NCBI RefSeq assembly: GCF_009914755.1
Contig: NC_060940.1
Direction: 5' to 3' (one strand)
DNA length: 64,000 bases
Origin: the human T2T-CHM13v2.0 reference genome, Homo sapiens
Shown: positions 39,043-51,494 of the stretch, piece after piece
How the letters are laid out: the number at the start of each line of letters is the position of its first letter
How positions within the stretch are numbered: the first letter of the stretch is position 1
Program-made: the position numbers and the translations under genes
Notes under the pieces: generated by a model
The model's input: the letters and a program-made list of their open reading frames with translations, nothing else
Told to the model about the DNA's origin: nothing
Databases searched by the model: none

Positions 39043-42000
39043 ATTCTCAGAAACTGCTCTGTGATGTGTGCGTTCAACTCACAGAGTTTAACTTTTCTTT
39101 TCATTCAGCAGTTTGGAAACACTCTGTTTGTAAAGTCTGCAAGTGGATATCTTGGCCTCTTAGAGGCCTTCTTTGGAAACGGGTTTTTTCATGTAAGGTT
39201 AGACAGAGGAATTCCCAGTAACTTCCTTGTGTTGTGTGCATTCAACTCACAGAGTTGAATGATTCTTTACACAGAGCAGATTTGAGACACTCTTTTGGTG
39301 GAATTTGTAAGTGGAGAATTCAGCTGCTTTGAGGTCAACGGTAGAAAAGGAAATATCTTCGTATAAAAACTAGACAGAATGATTCTCAGAAACTGTTTTG
39401 TGATGTGTGCGTTCAACTCACAGAGTTTAACCTTTCTTTTCAAAGAGCAGTTAGGAAACACTCTGTTTGTAAAGTCTGCAAGTGGATATTCAGACCTCTT
39501 TGAGGCCTTCGTTGGAAACGGGATTTCTTCATATTATGCTAGACAGATGAATTCTCAGTAACTTCCTTGTGTTGTGTGTATTCAACTCACAGAGTTGAAC
39601 GATCCTTTACACAGAGCAGATTTGAAACACTGTTTTTCTGGAATTTGCAAGTGGAGATTTCAGCCGCTTTGAGGTCAATGGTAGAAAAAGAAATATCTTC
39701 GTATAAAAACTAGACAGAATGATTCTCAGAAACTCCTTTGTGATGTGTGCGTTCAACTCACAGAGTTTAACCTTTCTTTTCACAGAGCAGTTAGGAAACA
39801 CTCTGTTTGTGAAGCCTGCCAGTGGATATTCGGACCTCTTTGAGGCCTTCGTTGGAAACGGGATTTCTTCATATTATGCTAGACAGAAGATTTCTCAGTA
39901 ACTTCTTTGTGTTGTGTGTATGCAACTCACAGAGTTCAACCTTCCTTTAGACAGAGCAGATTTGAAACACTCTTTTTGTGGAATTTGCAAGTGGAGATTT
40001 CAAGCGCTTCGATGCCAATGGTAGAAAAGGAAATATCTTCGTATAAAAACAAGACAAACTCGTTCCCAGACACTGCGTAGTGATGTGTGTGTTTAACTCA
40101 CAGAGTTTAACCTTTCTTTTCATACAGCATTCTGGAAACCCTCTGTTTGTAAAGTCTGCAAGTGGATATTTGGACCTCTTAGATGCCTTCGTTGGAAACG
40201 GGATTTCTTCATATAATGCTAGAGGGAATAATTCTTAGTAACTTCTTTGTGTTGTGTGTATTCAACTGACAGAGTTGAACCTTCCTTTAGACAGAGCAGA
40301 TTCGAAACACTCTTTTTCTGCAATTTGCAAGTGGAGACTTCAAGCGCTTTGAGGCCAAAGGCAGAAAAGGAAATATCTTCGTATAAAAACCCGACAGAAT
40401 CATTCTCAGAAACTGCTCTGTGATGTGTGCGTTCAACTCACAGAGTTTAACTTTTCTTTTCATTCAGCAGTTTGGAAACACTCTGTTTGTAAAGTCTGCA
40501 AGTGGATATCTTGGCCTCTTAGAGGCCTTCGTTGGAAACGGGTTTTTTCATGTAAGGTTAGACAGAGGAATTCCCAGTAACTTCCTTGTGTTGTGTGCAT
40601 TCAACTCACAGAGTTGAATGATTCTTTACACAGAGCAGATTTGAGACACTCTTTTGGTGGAATTTGTAAGTGGAGAATTCAGCTGCTTTGAGGTCAACGG
40701 TAGAAAAGGAAATATCTTCGTATAAAAACTAGACAGAATGATTCTCAGAAACTGTTTTGTGATGTGTGCGTTCAACTCACAGAGTTTAACCTTTCTTTTC
40801 AAAGAGCAGTTAGGAAACACTCTGTTTGTAAAGTCTGCAAGTGGATATTCAGACCTCTTTGAGGCCTTCGTTGGAAACGGGATTTCTTCATATTATGCTA
40901 GACAGATGAATTCTCAGTAACTTCCTTGTGTTGTGTGTATTCAACTCACAGAGTTGAACGATCCTTTACACAGAGCAGATTTGAAACACTGTTTTTCTGG
41001 AATTTGCAAGTGGAGATTTCAGCCGCTTTGAGGTCAATGGTAGAAAAAGAAATATCTTCGTATAAAAACTAGACAGAATGATTCTCAGAAACTCCTTTGT
41101 GATGTGTGCGTTCAACTCACAGAGTTTAACCTTTCTTTTCACAGAGCAGTTAGGAAACACTCTGTTTGTGAAGCCTGCCAGTGGATATTCGGACCTCTTT
41201 GAGGCCTTCGTTGGAAACGGGATTTCTTCATATTATGCTAGACAGAAGATTTCTCAGTAACTTCTTTGTGTTGTGTGTATGCAACTCACAGAGTTCAACC
41301 TTCCTTTAGACAGAGCAGATTTGAAACACTCTTTTTGTGGAATTTGCAAGTGGAGATTTCAAGCGCTTTGAGGCCAAAAGCAGAAAAGGAAATATTTTCC
41401 TATAAAAACTAGACAGAATCTTTCTCAGAAACTGCTCTGTGATGTGTGCGTTCAACTCACAGAGTTTAACTTTTCTTTTCATTCAGCAGTTTGGAAACAC
41501 TCTGTTTGTAAAGTCTGCAAGTGGATATCTTGGCCTCTTAGAGGCCTTCTTTGGAAACGGGTTTTTTCATGTAAGGTTAGACAGAGGAATTCCCAGTAAC
41601 TTCCTTGTGTTGTGTGCATTCAACTCACAGAGTTGAATGATTCTTTACACAGAGCAGATTTGAGACACTCTTTTGGTGGAATTTGTAAGTGGAGAATTCA
41701 GCTGCTTTGAGGTCAACGGTAGAAAAGGAAATATCTTCGTATAAAAACTAGACAGAATGATTCTCAGAAACTGTTTTGTGATGTGTGCGTTCAACTCACA
41801 GAGTTTAACCTTTCTTTTCAAAGAGCAGTTAGGAAACACTCTGTTTGTAAAGTCTGCAAGTGGATATTCAGACCTCTTTGAGGCCTTCGTTGGAAACGGG
41901 ATTTCTTCATATTATGCTAGACAGATGAATTCTCAGTAACTTCCTTGTGTTGTGTGTATTCAACTCACAGAGTTGAACGATCCTTTACACAGAGCAGATT

Positions 42001-43401
42001 TGAAACACTGTTTTTCTGGAATTTGCAAGTGGAGATTTCAGCCGCTTTGAGGTCAATGGTAGAAAAAGAAATATCTTCGTATAAAAACTAGACAGAATGA
42101 TTCTCAGAAACTCCTTTGTGATGTGTGCGTTCAACTCACAGAGTTTAACCTTTCTTTTCACAGAGCAGTTAGGAAACACTCTGTTTGTGAAGCCTGCCAG
42201 TGGATATTCGGACCTCTTTGAGGCCTTCGTTGGAAACGGGATTTCTTCATATTATGCTAGACAGAAGATTTCTCAGTAACTTCTTTGTGTTGTGTGTATG
42301 CAACTCACAGAGTTCAACCTTCCTTTAGACAGAGCAGATTTGAAACACTCTTTTTGTGGAATTTGCAAGTGGAGATTTCAAGCGCTTCGATGCCAATGGT
42401 AGAAAAGGAAATATCTTCGTATAAAAACAAGACAAACTCGTTCCCAGACACTGCGTAGTGATGTGTGTGTTTAACTCACAGAGTTTAACCTTTCTTTTCA
42501 TACAGCATTCTGGAAACCCTCTGTTTGTAAAGTCTGCAAGTGGATATTTGGACCTCTTAGATGCCTTCGTTGGAAACGGGATTTCTTCATATAATGCTAG
42601 AGGGAATAATTCTTAGTAACTTCTTTGTGTTGTGTGTATTCAACTGACAGAGTTGAACCTTCCTTTAGACAGAGCAGATTCGAAACACTCTTTTTCTGCA
42701 ATTTGCAAGTGGAGACTTCAAGCGCTTTGAGGCCAAAGGCAGAAAAGGAAATATCTTCGTATAAAAACCCGACAGAATCATTCTCAGAAACTGCTCTGTG
42801 ATGTGTGCGTTCAACTCACAGAGTTTAACTTTTCTTTTCATTCAGCAGTTTGGAAACACTCTGTTTGTAAAGTCTGCAAGTGGATATCTTGGCCTCTTAG
42901 AGGCCTTCGTTGGAAACGGGTTTTTTCATGTAAGGTTAGACAGAGGAATTCCCAGTAACTTCCTTGTGTTGTGTGCATTCAACTCACAGAGTTGAATGAT
43001 TCTTTACACAGAGCAGATTTGAGACACTCTTTTGGTGGAATTTGTAAGTGGAGAATTCAGCTGCTTTGAGGTCAACGGTAGAAAAGGAAATATCTTCGTA
43101 TAAAAACTAGACAGAATGATTCTCAGAAACTGTTTTGTGATGTGTGCGTTCAACTCACAGAGTTTAACCTTTCTTTTCAAAGAGCAGTTAGGAAACACTC
43201 TGTTTGTAAAGTCTGCAAGTGGATATTCAGACCTCTTTGAGGCCTTCGTTGGAAACGGGATTTCTTCATATTATGCTAGACAGATGAATTCTCAGTAACT
43301 TCCTTGTGTTGTGTGTATTCAACTCACAGAGTTGAACGATCCTTTACACAGAGCAGATTTGAAACACTGTTTTTCTGGAATTTGCAAGTGGAGATTTCAG
43401 C
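39043..43401 (+). repeat. Duplication at 14-monomer (8+6) offset, 2378 bp
   Basis: CENP-B box G>T at 39172/41550 and GGGAATAATT at ~40228/42606. Boundaries are approximate. Confidence 0.78.
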
Positions 43402-43816
43402 TGCTTTGAGGTCAATGGTAGAAAAGGAAATATCTTCGTATAAAAACTAGACAGAATGATTCTCAGAAACTCCTTTGTGATGTGTGCGTTCAACTCACAG
43501 AGTTTAACCTTTCTTTTCACAGAGCAGTTAGGAAACACTCTGTTTGTGAAGCCTGCCAGTGGATATTCGGACCTCTTTGAGGCCTTCGTTGGAAACGGGA
43601 TTTCTTCATATTATGCTAGACAGAAGATTTCTCAGTAACTTCTTTGTGTTGTGTGTATGCAACTCACAGAGTTCAACCTTCCTTTAGACAGAGCAGATTT
43701 GAAACACTCTTTTTGTGGAATTTGCAAGTGGAGATTTCAAGCGCTTTGAGGCCAAAAGCAGAAAAGGAAATATTTTCCTATAAAAACTAGACAGAATCTT
43801 TCTCAGAAACTGCTCT

Positions 43817-45175
43817 GTGATGTGTGCGTTCAACTCACAGAGTTTAACTTTTCTTTTCATTCAGCAGTTTGGAAACACTCTGTTTGTAAAGTCTGCAAGT
43901 GGATATCTTGGCCTCTTAGAGGCCTTCGTTGGAAACGGGTTTTTTCATGTAAGGATAGACAGAGGAATTCCCAGTAACTTCCTTGTGTTGTGTGCATTCA
44001 ACTCACAGAGTTGAATGATTCTTTACACAGAGCAGATTTGAGACACTCTTTTGGTGGAATTTGTAAGTGGAGAATTCAGCCGCTTTGAGGTCAACGGTAG
44101 AAAAGGAAATATCTTCGTATAAAAACTAGACAGAATGATTCTCAGAAACTGTTTTGTGATGTGTGCGTTCAACTCACAGAGTTTAACCTTTCTTTTCAAA
44201 GAGCAGTTAGGAAACACTCTGTTTGTAAAATCTGCAAGTGGATATTCAGACCTCTTTGAGGCCTTCGTTGGAAACGGGATTTCTTCATATTATGCTAGAC
44301 AGATGAATTCTCAGTAACTTCCTTGTGTTGTGTGTATTCAACTCACAGAGTTAAACGATCCTTTACACAGAGCAGATTTGAAACACTGTTTTTCTGGAAT
44401 TTGCAAGTGGAGATTTCAGCCGCTTTGAGGTCAATGGTAGAAAAGGAAATATCTTCGTATAAAAACTAGACAGAATGATTCTCAGAAACTCCTTTGTGAT
44501 GTGTGCGTTCAACTCACAGAGTTTAACCTTTCTTTTCACAGAGCAGTTAGGAAACACTCTGTTTGTGAAGCCTGCCAGTGGATATTCGGACCTCTTTGAG
44601 GCCTTCGTTGGAAACGGGATTTCTTCATATTATGCTAGACAGAAGATTTCTCAGTAACTTCTTTGTGTTGTGTGTATGCAACTCACAGAGTTCAACCTTC
44701 CTTTAGACAGAGCAGATTTGAAACACTCTTTTTGTGGAATTTGCAAGTGGAGATTTCAAGCGCTTCGATGCCAATGGTAGAAAAGGAAATATCTTCGTAT
44801 AAAAACAAGACAAACTCGTTCCCAGACACTGCGTAGTGATGTGTGTGTTTAACTCACAGAGTTTAACCTTTCTTTTCATACAGCATTCTGGAAACCCTCT
44901 GTTTGTAAAGTCTGCAAGTGGATATTTGGACCTCTTAGATGCCTTCGTTGGAAACGGGATTTCTTCATATAATGCTAGAGGGAAGAATTCTTAGTAACTT
45001 CTTTGTGTTGTGTGTATTCAACTGACAGAGTTGAACCTTCCTTTAGACAGAGCAGATTCGAAACACTCTTTTTCTGCAATTTGCAAGTGGAGACTTCAAG
45101 CGCTTTGAGGCCAAAGGCAGAAAAGGAAATATCTTCGTATAAAAACCCGACAGAATCATTCTCAGAAACTGCTCT
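43817..45175 (+). repeat. 8-mer HOR variant type 8a, 1359 bp (8 copies: 6466, 16990, 39061, 41439, 43817, 50613, 56389, 60462)
   Basis: A-B-C-D1 followed by a hybrid D2/E2 monomer that begins as D2 (AATTCTTAGTAACTTCTTTG) but is E2-like from GATTCGAAACAC..TTCTGCAA..GAGACTTC onward. Confidence 0.9.
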
Positions 45176-45805
45176 GTGATGTGTGCGTTCAACTCACAGA
45201 GTTTAACTTTTCTTTTCATTCAGCAGTTTGGAAACACTCTGTTTGTAAAGTCTGCAAGTGGATATCTTGGCCTCTTAGAGGCCTTCGTTGGAAACGGGTT
45301 TTTTCATGTAAGGTTAGACAGAGGAATTCCCAGGAACTTCCTTGTGTTGTGTGCATTCAACTCACAGAGTTGAATGATTCTTTACACAGAGCAGATTTGA
45401 GACACTCTTTTGGTGGAATTTGTAAGTGGAGAATTCAGCTGCTTTGAGGTCAACGGTAGAAAAGGAAATATCTTCGTATAAAAACTAGACAGAATGATTC
45501 TCAGAAACTGTTTTGTGATGTGTGCATTCAACTCACAGAGTTTAACCTTTCTTTTCAAAGAGCAGTTAGGAAACACTCTGTTTGTAAAGTCTGCAAGTGG
45601 ATATTCAGACCTCTTTGAGGCCTTCGTTGGAAACGGGATTTCTTCATATTATGCTAGACAGATGAATTCTCAGTAACTTCCTTGTGTTGTGTGTATTCAA
45701 CTCACAGAGTTGAACGATCCTTTACACAGAGCAGATTTGAAACACTGTTTTTCTGGAATTTGCAAGTGGAGATTTCAGCCGCTTTGAGGTCAATGGTAGA
45801 AAAAG

Positions 45806-48800
45806 AAATATCTTCGTATAAAAACTAGACAGAATGATTCTCAGAAACTCCTTTGTGATGTGTGCGTTCAACTCACAGAGTTTAACCTTTCTTTTCACAG
45901 AGCAGTTAGGAAACACTCTGTTTGTGAAGCCTGCCAGTGGATATTCGGACCTCTTTGAGGCCTTCGTTGGAAACGGGATTTCTTCATATTATGCTAGACA
46001 GAAGATTTCTCAGTAACTTCTTTGTGTTGTGTGTATGCAACTCACAGAGTTCAACCTTTCTTTAGACAGAGCAGATTTGAAACACTCTTTTTGTGGAATT
46101 TGCAAGTGGAGATTTCAAGCGCTTCGATGCCAATGGTAGAAAAGGAAATATCTTCGTATAAAAACAAGACAAACTCGTTCCCAGACACTGCGTAGTGATG
46201 TGTGTGTTTAACTCACAGAGTTTCACCTTTCTTTTCATACAGCATTCTGGAAACCCTCTGTTTGTAAAGTCTGCAAGTGGATATTTGGACCTCTTAGATG
46301 CCTTCGTTGGAAACGGGATTTCTTCATATAATGCTAGAGGGAAGAATTCTTAGTAACTTCTTTGTGTTGTGTGTATTCAACTGACAGATTTGAACCTTCC
46401 TTTAGACAGAGCAGATTTGAAAGTCTCTTTTTGTGGAATTTGCAAGTGGAGATTTCAAGCGCTTTGAGGCCAAAAGCAGAAAAGGAAATATTTTCCTATA
46501 AAAACTAGACAGAATCTTTCTCAGAAACTGCTCTGGGATGTGTGCGTTCAACTCACAGAGTTTAACTTTTCTTTTCATTCAGCAGTTTGGAAACACTCTG
46601 TTTGGAAAGTCTGCACGTGGATATTTTGAGCTCTTTGAGGCCTTCGTTGGAAACGGGTTTTTTTAATGTAACGCTAGACAGAAGAAATCTCAGTAACTTC
46701 CTTGTGTTGTGTGTATTCAACTGACAGAGTTGAACCTTCCTTTAGACAGAGCAGATTCGAAACACTCTTTTTCTGCAATTTGCAAGTGGAGACTTCAAGC
46801 GCTTTGAGGCCAAAGGCAGAAAAGGAAATATCTTCGTATAAAAACCCGACAGAATCATTCTCAGAAACTGCTCTGTGATGTGTGCGTTCAACTCACGGAG
46901 TTTAACTTTTCTTTTCATTCAGCAGTTTGGAAACACTCTGTTTGTAAAGTCTGCAAGTGGATATCTTGGCCTCTTAGAGGCCTTCGTTGGAAACGGGTTT
47001 TTTCATGTAAGGTTAGACAGAGGAATTCCCAGTAACTTCCTTGTGTTGTGTGCATTCAACTCACAGAGTTGAATGATTCTTTACACAGAGCAGATTTGAG
47101 ACACTCTTTTGGTGGAATTTGTAAGTGGAGAATTCAGCTGCTTTGAGGTCAACGGTAGAAAAGGAAATATCTTCGTATAAAAACTAGACAGAATGATTCT
47201 CAGAAACTGTTTTGTGATGTGTGCGTTCAACTCACAGAGTTTAACCTTTCTTTTCAAAGAGCAGTTAGGAAACACTCTGTTTGTAAAGTCTGCAAGTGGA
47301 TATTCAGACCTCTTTGAGGCCTTCGTTGGAAACGGGATTTCTTCATATTATGCTAGACAGATGAATTCTCAGTAACTTCCTTGTGTTGTGTGTATTCAAC
47401 TCACAGAGTTGAACGATCCTTTACACAGAGCAGATTTGAAACACTGTTTTTCTGGAATTTGCAAGTGGAGATTTCAGCTGCTTTGAGGTCAATGGTAGAA
47501 AAGGAAATATCTTCGTATAAAAACTAGACAGAATGATTCTCAGAAACTCCTTTGTGATGTGTGCGTTCAACACACAGAGTTTAACCTTTCTTTTCACAGA
47601 GCAGTTAGGAAACACTCTGTTTGTGAAGCCTGCCAGTGGATATTCGGACCTCTTTGAGGCCTTCGTTTGGAAACGGGATTTCTTCATATTATGCTAGACA
47701 GAAGATTTCTCAGTAACTTCTTTGTGTTGTGTGTATGCAATTCACAGAGTTCAACCTTCCTTTAGACAGAGCAGATTTGAAACACTCTTTTTGTGGAATT
47801 TGCAAGTGGAGATTTCAAGCGCTTTGAGGCCAAAAGCAGAAAAGGAAATATTTTCCTATAAAAACTAGACAGAATCTTTCTCAGAAACTGCTCTGTGATG
47901 TGTGCGTTCAACTCACAGAGTTTAACTTTTCTTTTCATTCAGCAGTTTGGAAACACTCTGTTTGTAAAGTCTGCAAGTGGATATCTTGGCCTCTTAGAGG
48001 CCTTCGTTGGAAACGGGTTTTTTCATGTAAGGATAGACAGAGGAATTCCCAGTAACTTCCTTGTGTTGTGTGCATTCAACTCACAGAGTTGAATGATTCT
48101 TTACACAGAGCAGATTTGAGACACTCTTTTGGTGGAATTTGTAAGTGGAGAATTCAGCCGCTTTGAGGTCAACGGTAGAAAAGGAAATATCTTCGTATAA
48201 AAACTAGACAGAATGATTCTCAGAAACTGTTTTGTGATGTGTGCGTTCAACTCACAGAGTTTAACCTTTCTTTTCAAAGAGCAGTTAGGAAACACTCTGT
48301 TTGTAAAGTCTGCAAGTGGATATTCAGACCTCTTTGAGGCCTTCGTTGGAAACGGGATTTCTTCATATTATGCTAGACAGATGAATTCTCAGTAACTTCC
48401 TTGTGTTGTGTGTATTCAACTCACAGAGTTAAACGATCCTCTACACAGAGCAGATTTGAAACACTGTTTTTCTGGAATTTGCAAGTGGAGATTTCAGCCG
48501 CTTTGAGGTCAATGGTAGAAAAGGAAATATCTTCGTATAAAAACTAGACAGAATGATTCTCAGAAACTCCTTTGTGATGTGTGCGTTCAACTCACAGAGT
48601 TTAACCTTTCTTTTCACAGAGCAGTTAGGAAACACTCTGTTTGTGAAGCCTGCCAGTGGATATTCGGACCTCTTTGAGGCCTTCGTTGGAAACGGGATTT
48701 CTTCATATTATGCTAGACAGAAGATTTCTCAGTAACTTCTTTGTGTTGTGTGTATGCAACTCACAGAGTTCAACCTTTCTTTAGACAGAGCAGATTTGAA

Positions 48801-51494
48801 ACACTCTTTTTGTGGAATTTGCAAGTGGAGATTTCAAGCGCTTCGATGCCAATGGTAGAAAAGGAAATATCTTCGTATAAAAACAAGACAAACTCGTTCC
48901 CAGACACTGCGTAGTGATGTGTGTGTTTAACTCACAGAGTTTCACCTTTCTTTTCATACAGCATTCTGGAAACCCTCTGTTTGTAAAGTCTGCAAGTGGA
49001 TATTTGGACCTCTTAGATGCCTTCGTTGGAAACGGGATTTCTTCATATAATGCTAGAGGGAAGAATTCTTAGTAACTTCTTTGTGTTGTGTGTATTCAAC
49101 TGACAGATTTGAACCTTCCTTTAGACAGAGCAGATTTGAAAGTCTCTTTTTGTGGAATTTGCAAGTGGAGATTTCAAGCGCTTTGAGGCCAAAAGCAGAA
49201 AAGGAAATATTTTCCTATAAAAACTAGACAGAATCTTTCTCAGAAACTGCTCTGGGATGTGTGCGTTCAACTCACAGAGTTTAACTTTTCTTTTCATTCA
49301 GCAGTTTGGAAACACTCTGTTTGGAAAGTCTGCACGTGGATATTTTGAGCTCTTTGAGGCCTTCGTTGGAAACGGGTTTTTTTAATGTAACGCTAGACAG
49401 AAGAAATCTCAGTAACTTCCTTGTGTTGTGTGTATTCAACTGACAGAGTTGAACCTTCCTTTAGACAGAGCAGATTCGAAACACTCTTTTTCTGCAATTT
49501 GCAAGTGGAGACTTCAAGCGCTTTGAGGCCAAAGGCAGAAAAGGAAATATCTTCGTATAAAAACCCGACAGAATCATTCTCAGAAACTGCTCTGTGATGT
49601 GTGCGTTCAACTCACGGAGTTTAACTTTTCTTTTCATTCAGCAGTTTGGAAACACTCTGTTTGTAAAGTCTGCAAGTGGATATCTTGGCCTCTTAGAGGC
49701 CTTCGTTGGAAACGGGTTTTTTCATGTAAGGTTAGACAGAGGAATTCCCAGTAACTTCCTTGTGTTGTGTGCATTCAACTCACAGAGTTGAATGATTCTT
49801 TACACAGAGCAGATTTGAGACACTCTTTTGGTGGAATTTGTAAGTGGAGAATTCAGCTGCTTTGAGGTCAACGGTAGAAAAGGAAATATCTTCGTATAAA
49901 AACTAGACAGAATGATTCTCAGAAACTGTTTTGTGATGTGTGCGTTCAACTCACAGAGTTTAACCTTTCTTTTCAAAGAGCAGTTAGGAAACACTCTGTT
50001 TGTAAAGTCTGCAAGTGGATATTCAGACCTCTTTGAGGCCTTCGTTGGAAACGGGATTTCTTCATATTATGCTAGACAGATGAATTCTCAGTAACTTCCT
50101 TGTGTTGTGTGTATTCAACTCACAGAGTTGAACGATCCTTTACACAGAGCAGATTTGAAACACTGTTTTTCTGGAATTTGCAAGTGGAGATTTCAGCTGC
50201 TTTGAGGTCAATGGTAGAAAAGGAAATATCTTCGTATAAAAACTAGACAGAATGATTCTCAGAAACTCCTTTGTGATGTGTGCGTTCAACTCACAGAGTT
50301 TAACCTTTCTTTTCACAGAGCAGTTAGGAAACACTCTGTTTGTGAAGCCTGCCAGTGGATATTTGGACCTCTTTGAGGCCTTCGTTGGAAACGGGATTTC
50401 TTCATATTATGCTAGACAGAAGATTTCTCAGTAACTTCTTTGTGTTGTGTGTATGCAATTCACAGAGTTCAACCTTCCTTTAGACAGAGCAGATTTGAAA
50501 CACTCTTTTTGTGGAATTTGCAAGTGGAGATTTCAAGCGCTTTGAGGCCAAAAGCAGAAAAGGAAATATTTTCCTATAAAAACTAGACAGAATCTTTCTC
50601 AGAAACTGCTCTGTGATGTGTGCGTTCAACTCACAGAGTTTAACTTTTCTTTTCATTCAGCAGTTTGGAAACACTCTGTTTGTAAAGTCTGCAAGTGGAT
50701 ATCTTGGCCTCTTAGAGGCCTTCGTTGGAAACGGGTTTTTTCATGTAAGGATAGACAGAGGAATTCCCTGTAACTTCCTTGTGTTGTGTGCATTCAACTC
50801 ACAGAGTTGAATGATTCTTTACACAGAGCAGATTTGAGACACTCTTTTGGTGGAATTTGTAAGTGGAGAATTCAGCCGCTTTGAGGTCAACGGTAGAAAA
50901 GGAAATATCTTCGTATAAAAACTAGACAGAATGATTCTCAGAAACTGTTTTGTGATGTGTGCGTTCAACTCACAGAGTTTAACCTTTCTTTTCAAAGAGC
51001 AGTTAGGAAACACTCTGTTTGTAAAGTCTGCAAGTGGATATTCAGACCTCTTTGAGGCCTTCGTTGGAAACGGGATTTCTTCATATTATGCTAGACAGAT
51101 GAATTCTCAGTAACTTCCTTGTGTTGTGTGTATTCAACTCACAGAGTTAAACGATCCTCTACACAGAGCAGATTTGAAACACTGTTTTTCTGGAATTTGC
51201 AAGTGGAGATTTCAGCCGCTTTGAGGTCAATGGTAGAAAAGGAAATATCTTCGTATAAAAACTAGACAGAATGATTCTCAGAAACTCCTTTGTGATGTGT
51301 GCGTTCAACTCACAGAGTTTAACCTTTCTTTTCACAGAGCAGTTAGGAAACACTCTGTTTGTGAAGCCTGCCAGTGGATATTCGGACCTCTTTGAGGCCT
51401 TCGTTGGAAACGGGATTTCTTCATATTATGCTAGACAGAAGATTTCTCAGTAACTTCTTTGTGTTGTGTGTATGCAACTCACAGAGTTCAACCT
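45806..51494 (+). repeat. Tandem duplication of a 16-monomer (10+6) block, period 2718-2719 bp
   Basis: Shared rare variants: ACCTTTCTTT ~46058/48777, GACAGATTTG ~46389/49108, TTGAGCTC ~46630/49349, CTCACGGAG (NSRS ORFs 46875/49594), GCAATTCAC ~47741/50459, CCTCTACAC ~48441/51159. Confidence 0.82.

Noticed and set aside
45181-45447. Longer unique 88-aa ORF, and the 81-90 aa variants at 8367, 13381, 27642, 47421 and 58290
   Set aside because: Each arises from a single variant removing a stop, creating a start or shifting frame (e.g. CAGTAA>CAGGAA at ~45334). There is no evidence of coding function.
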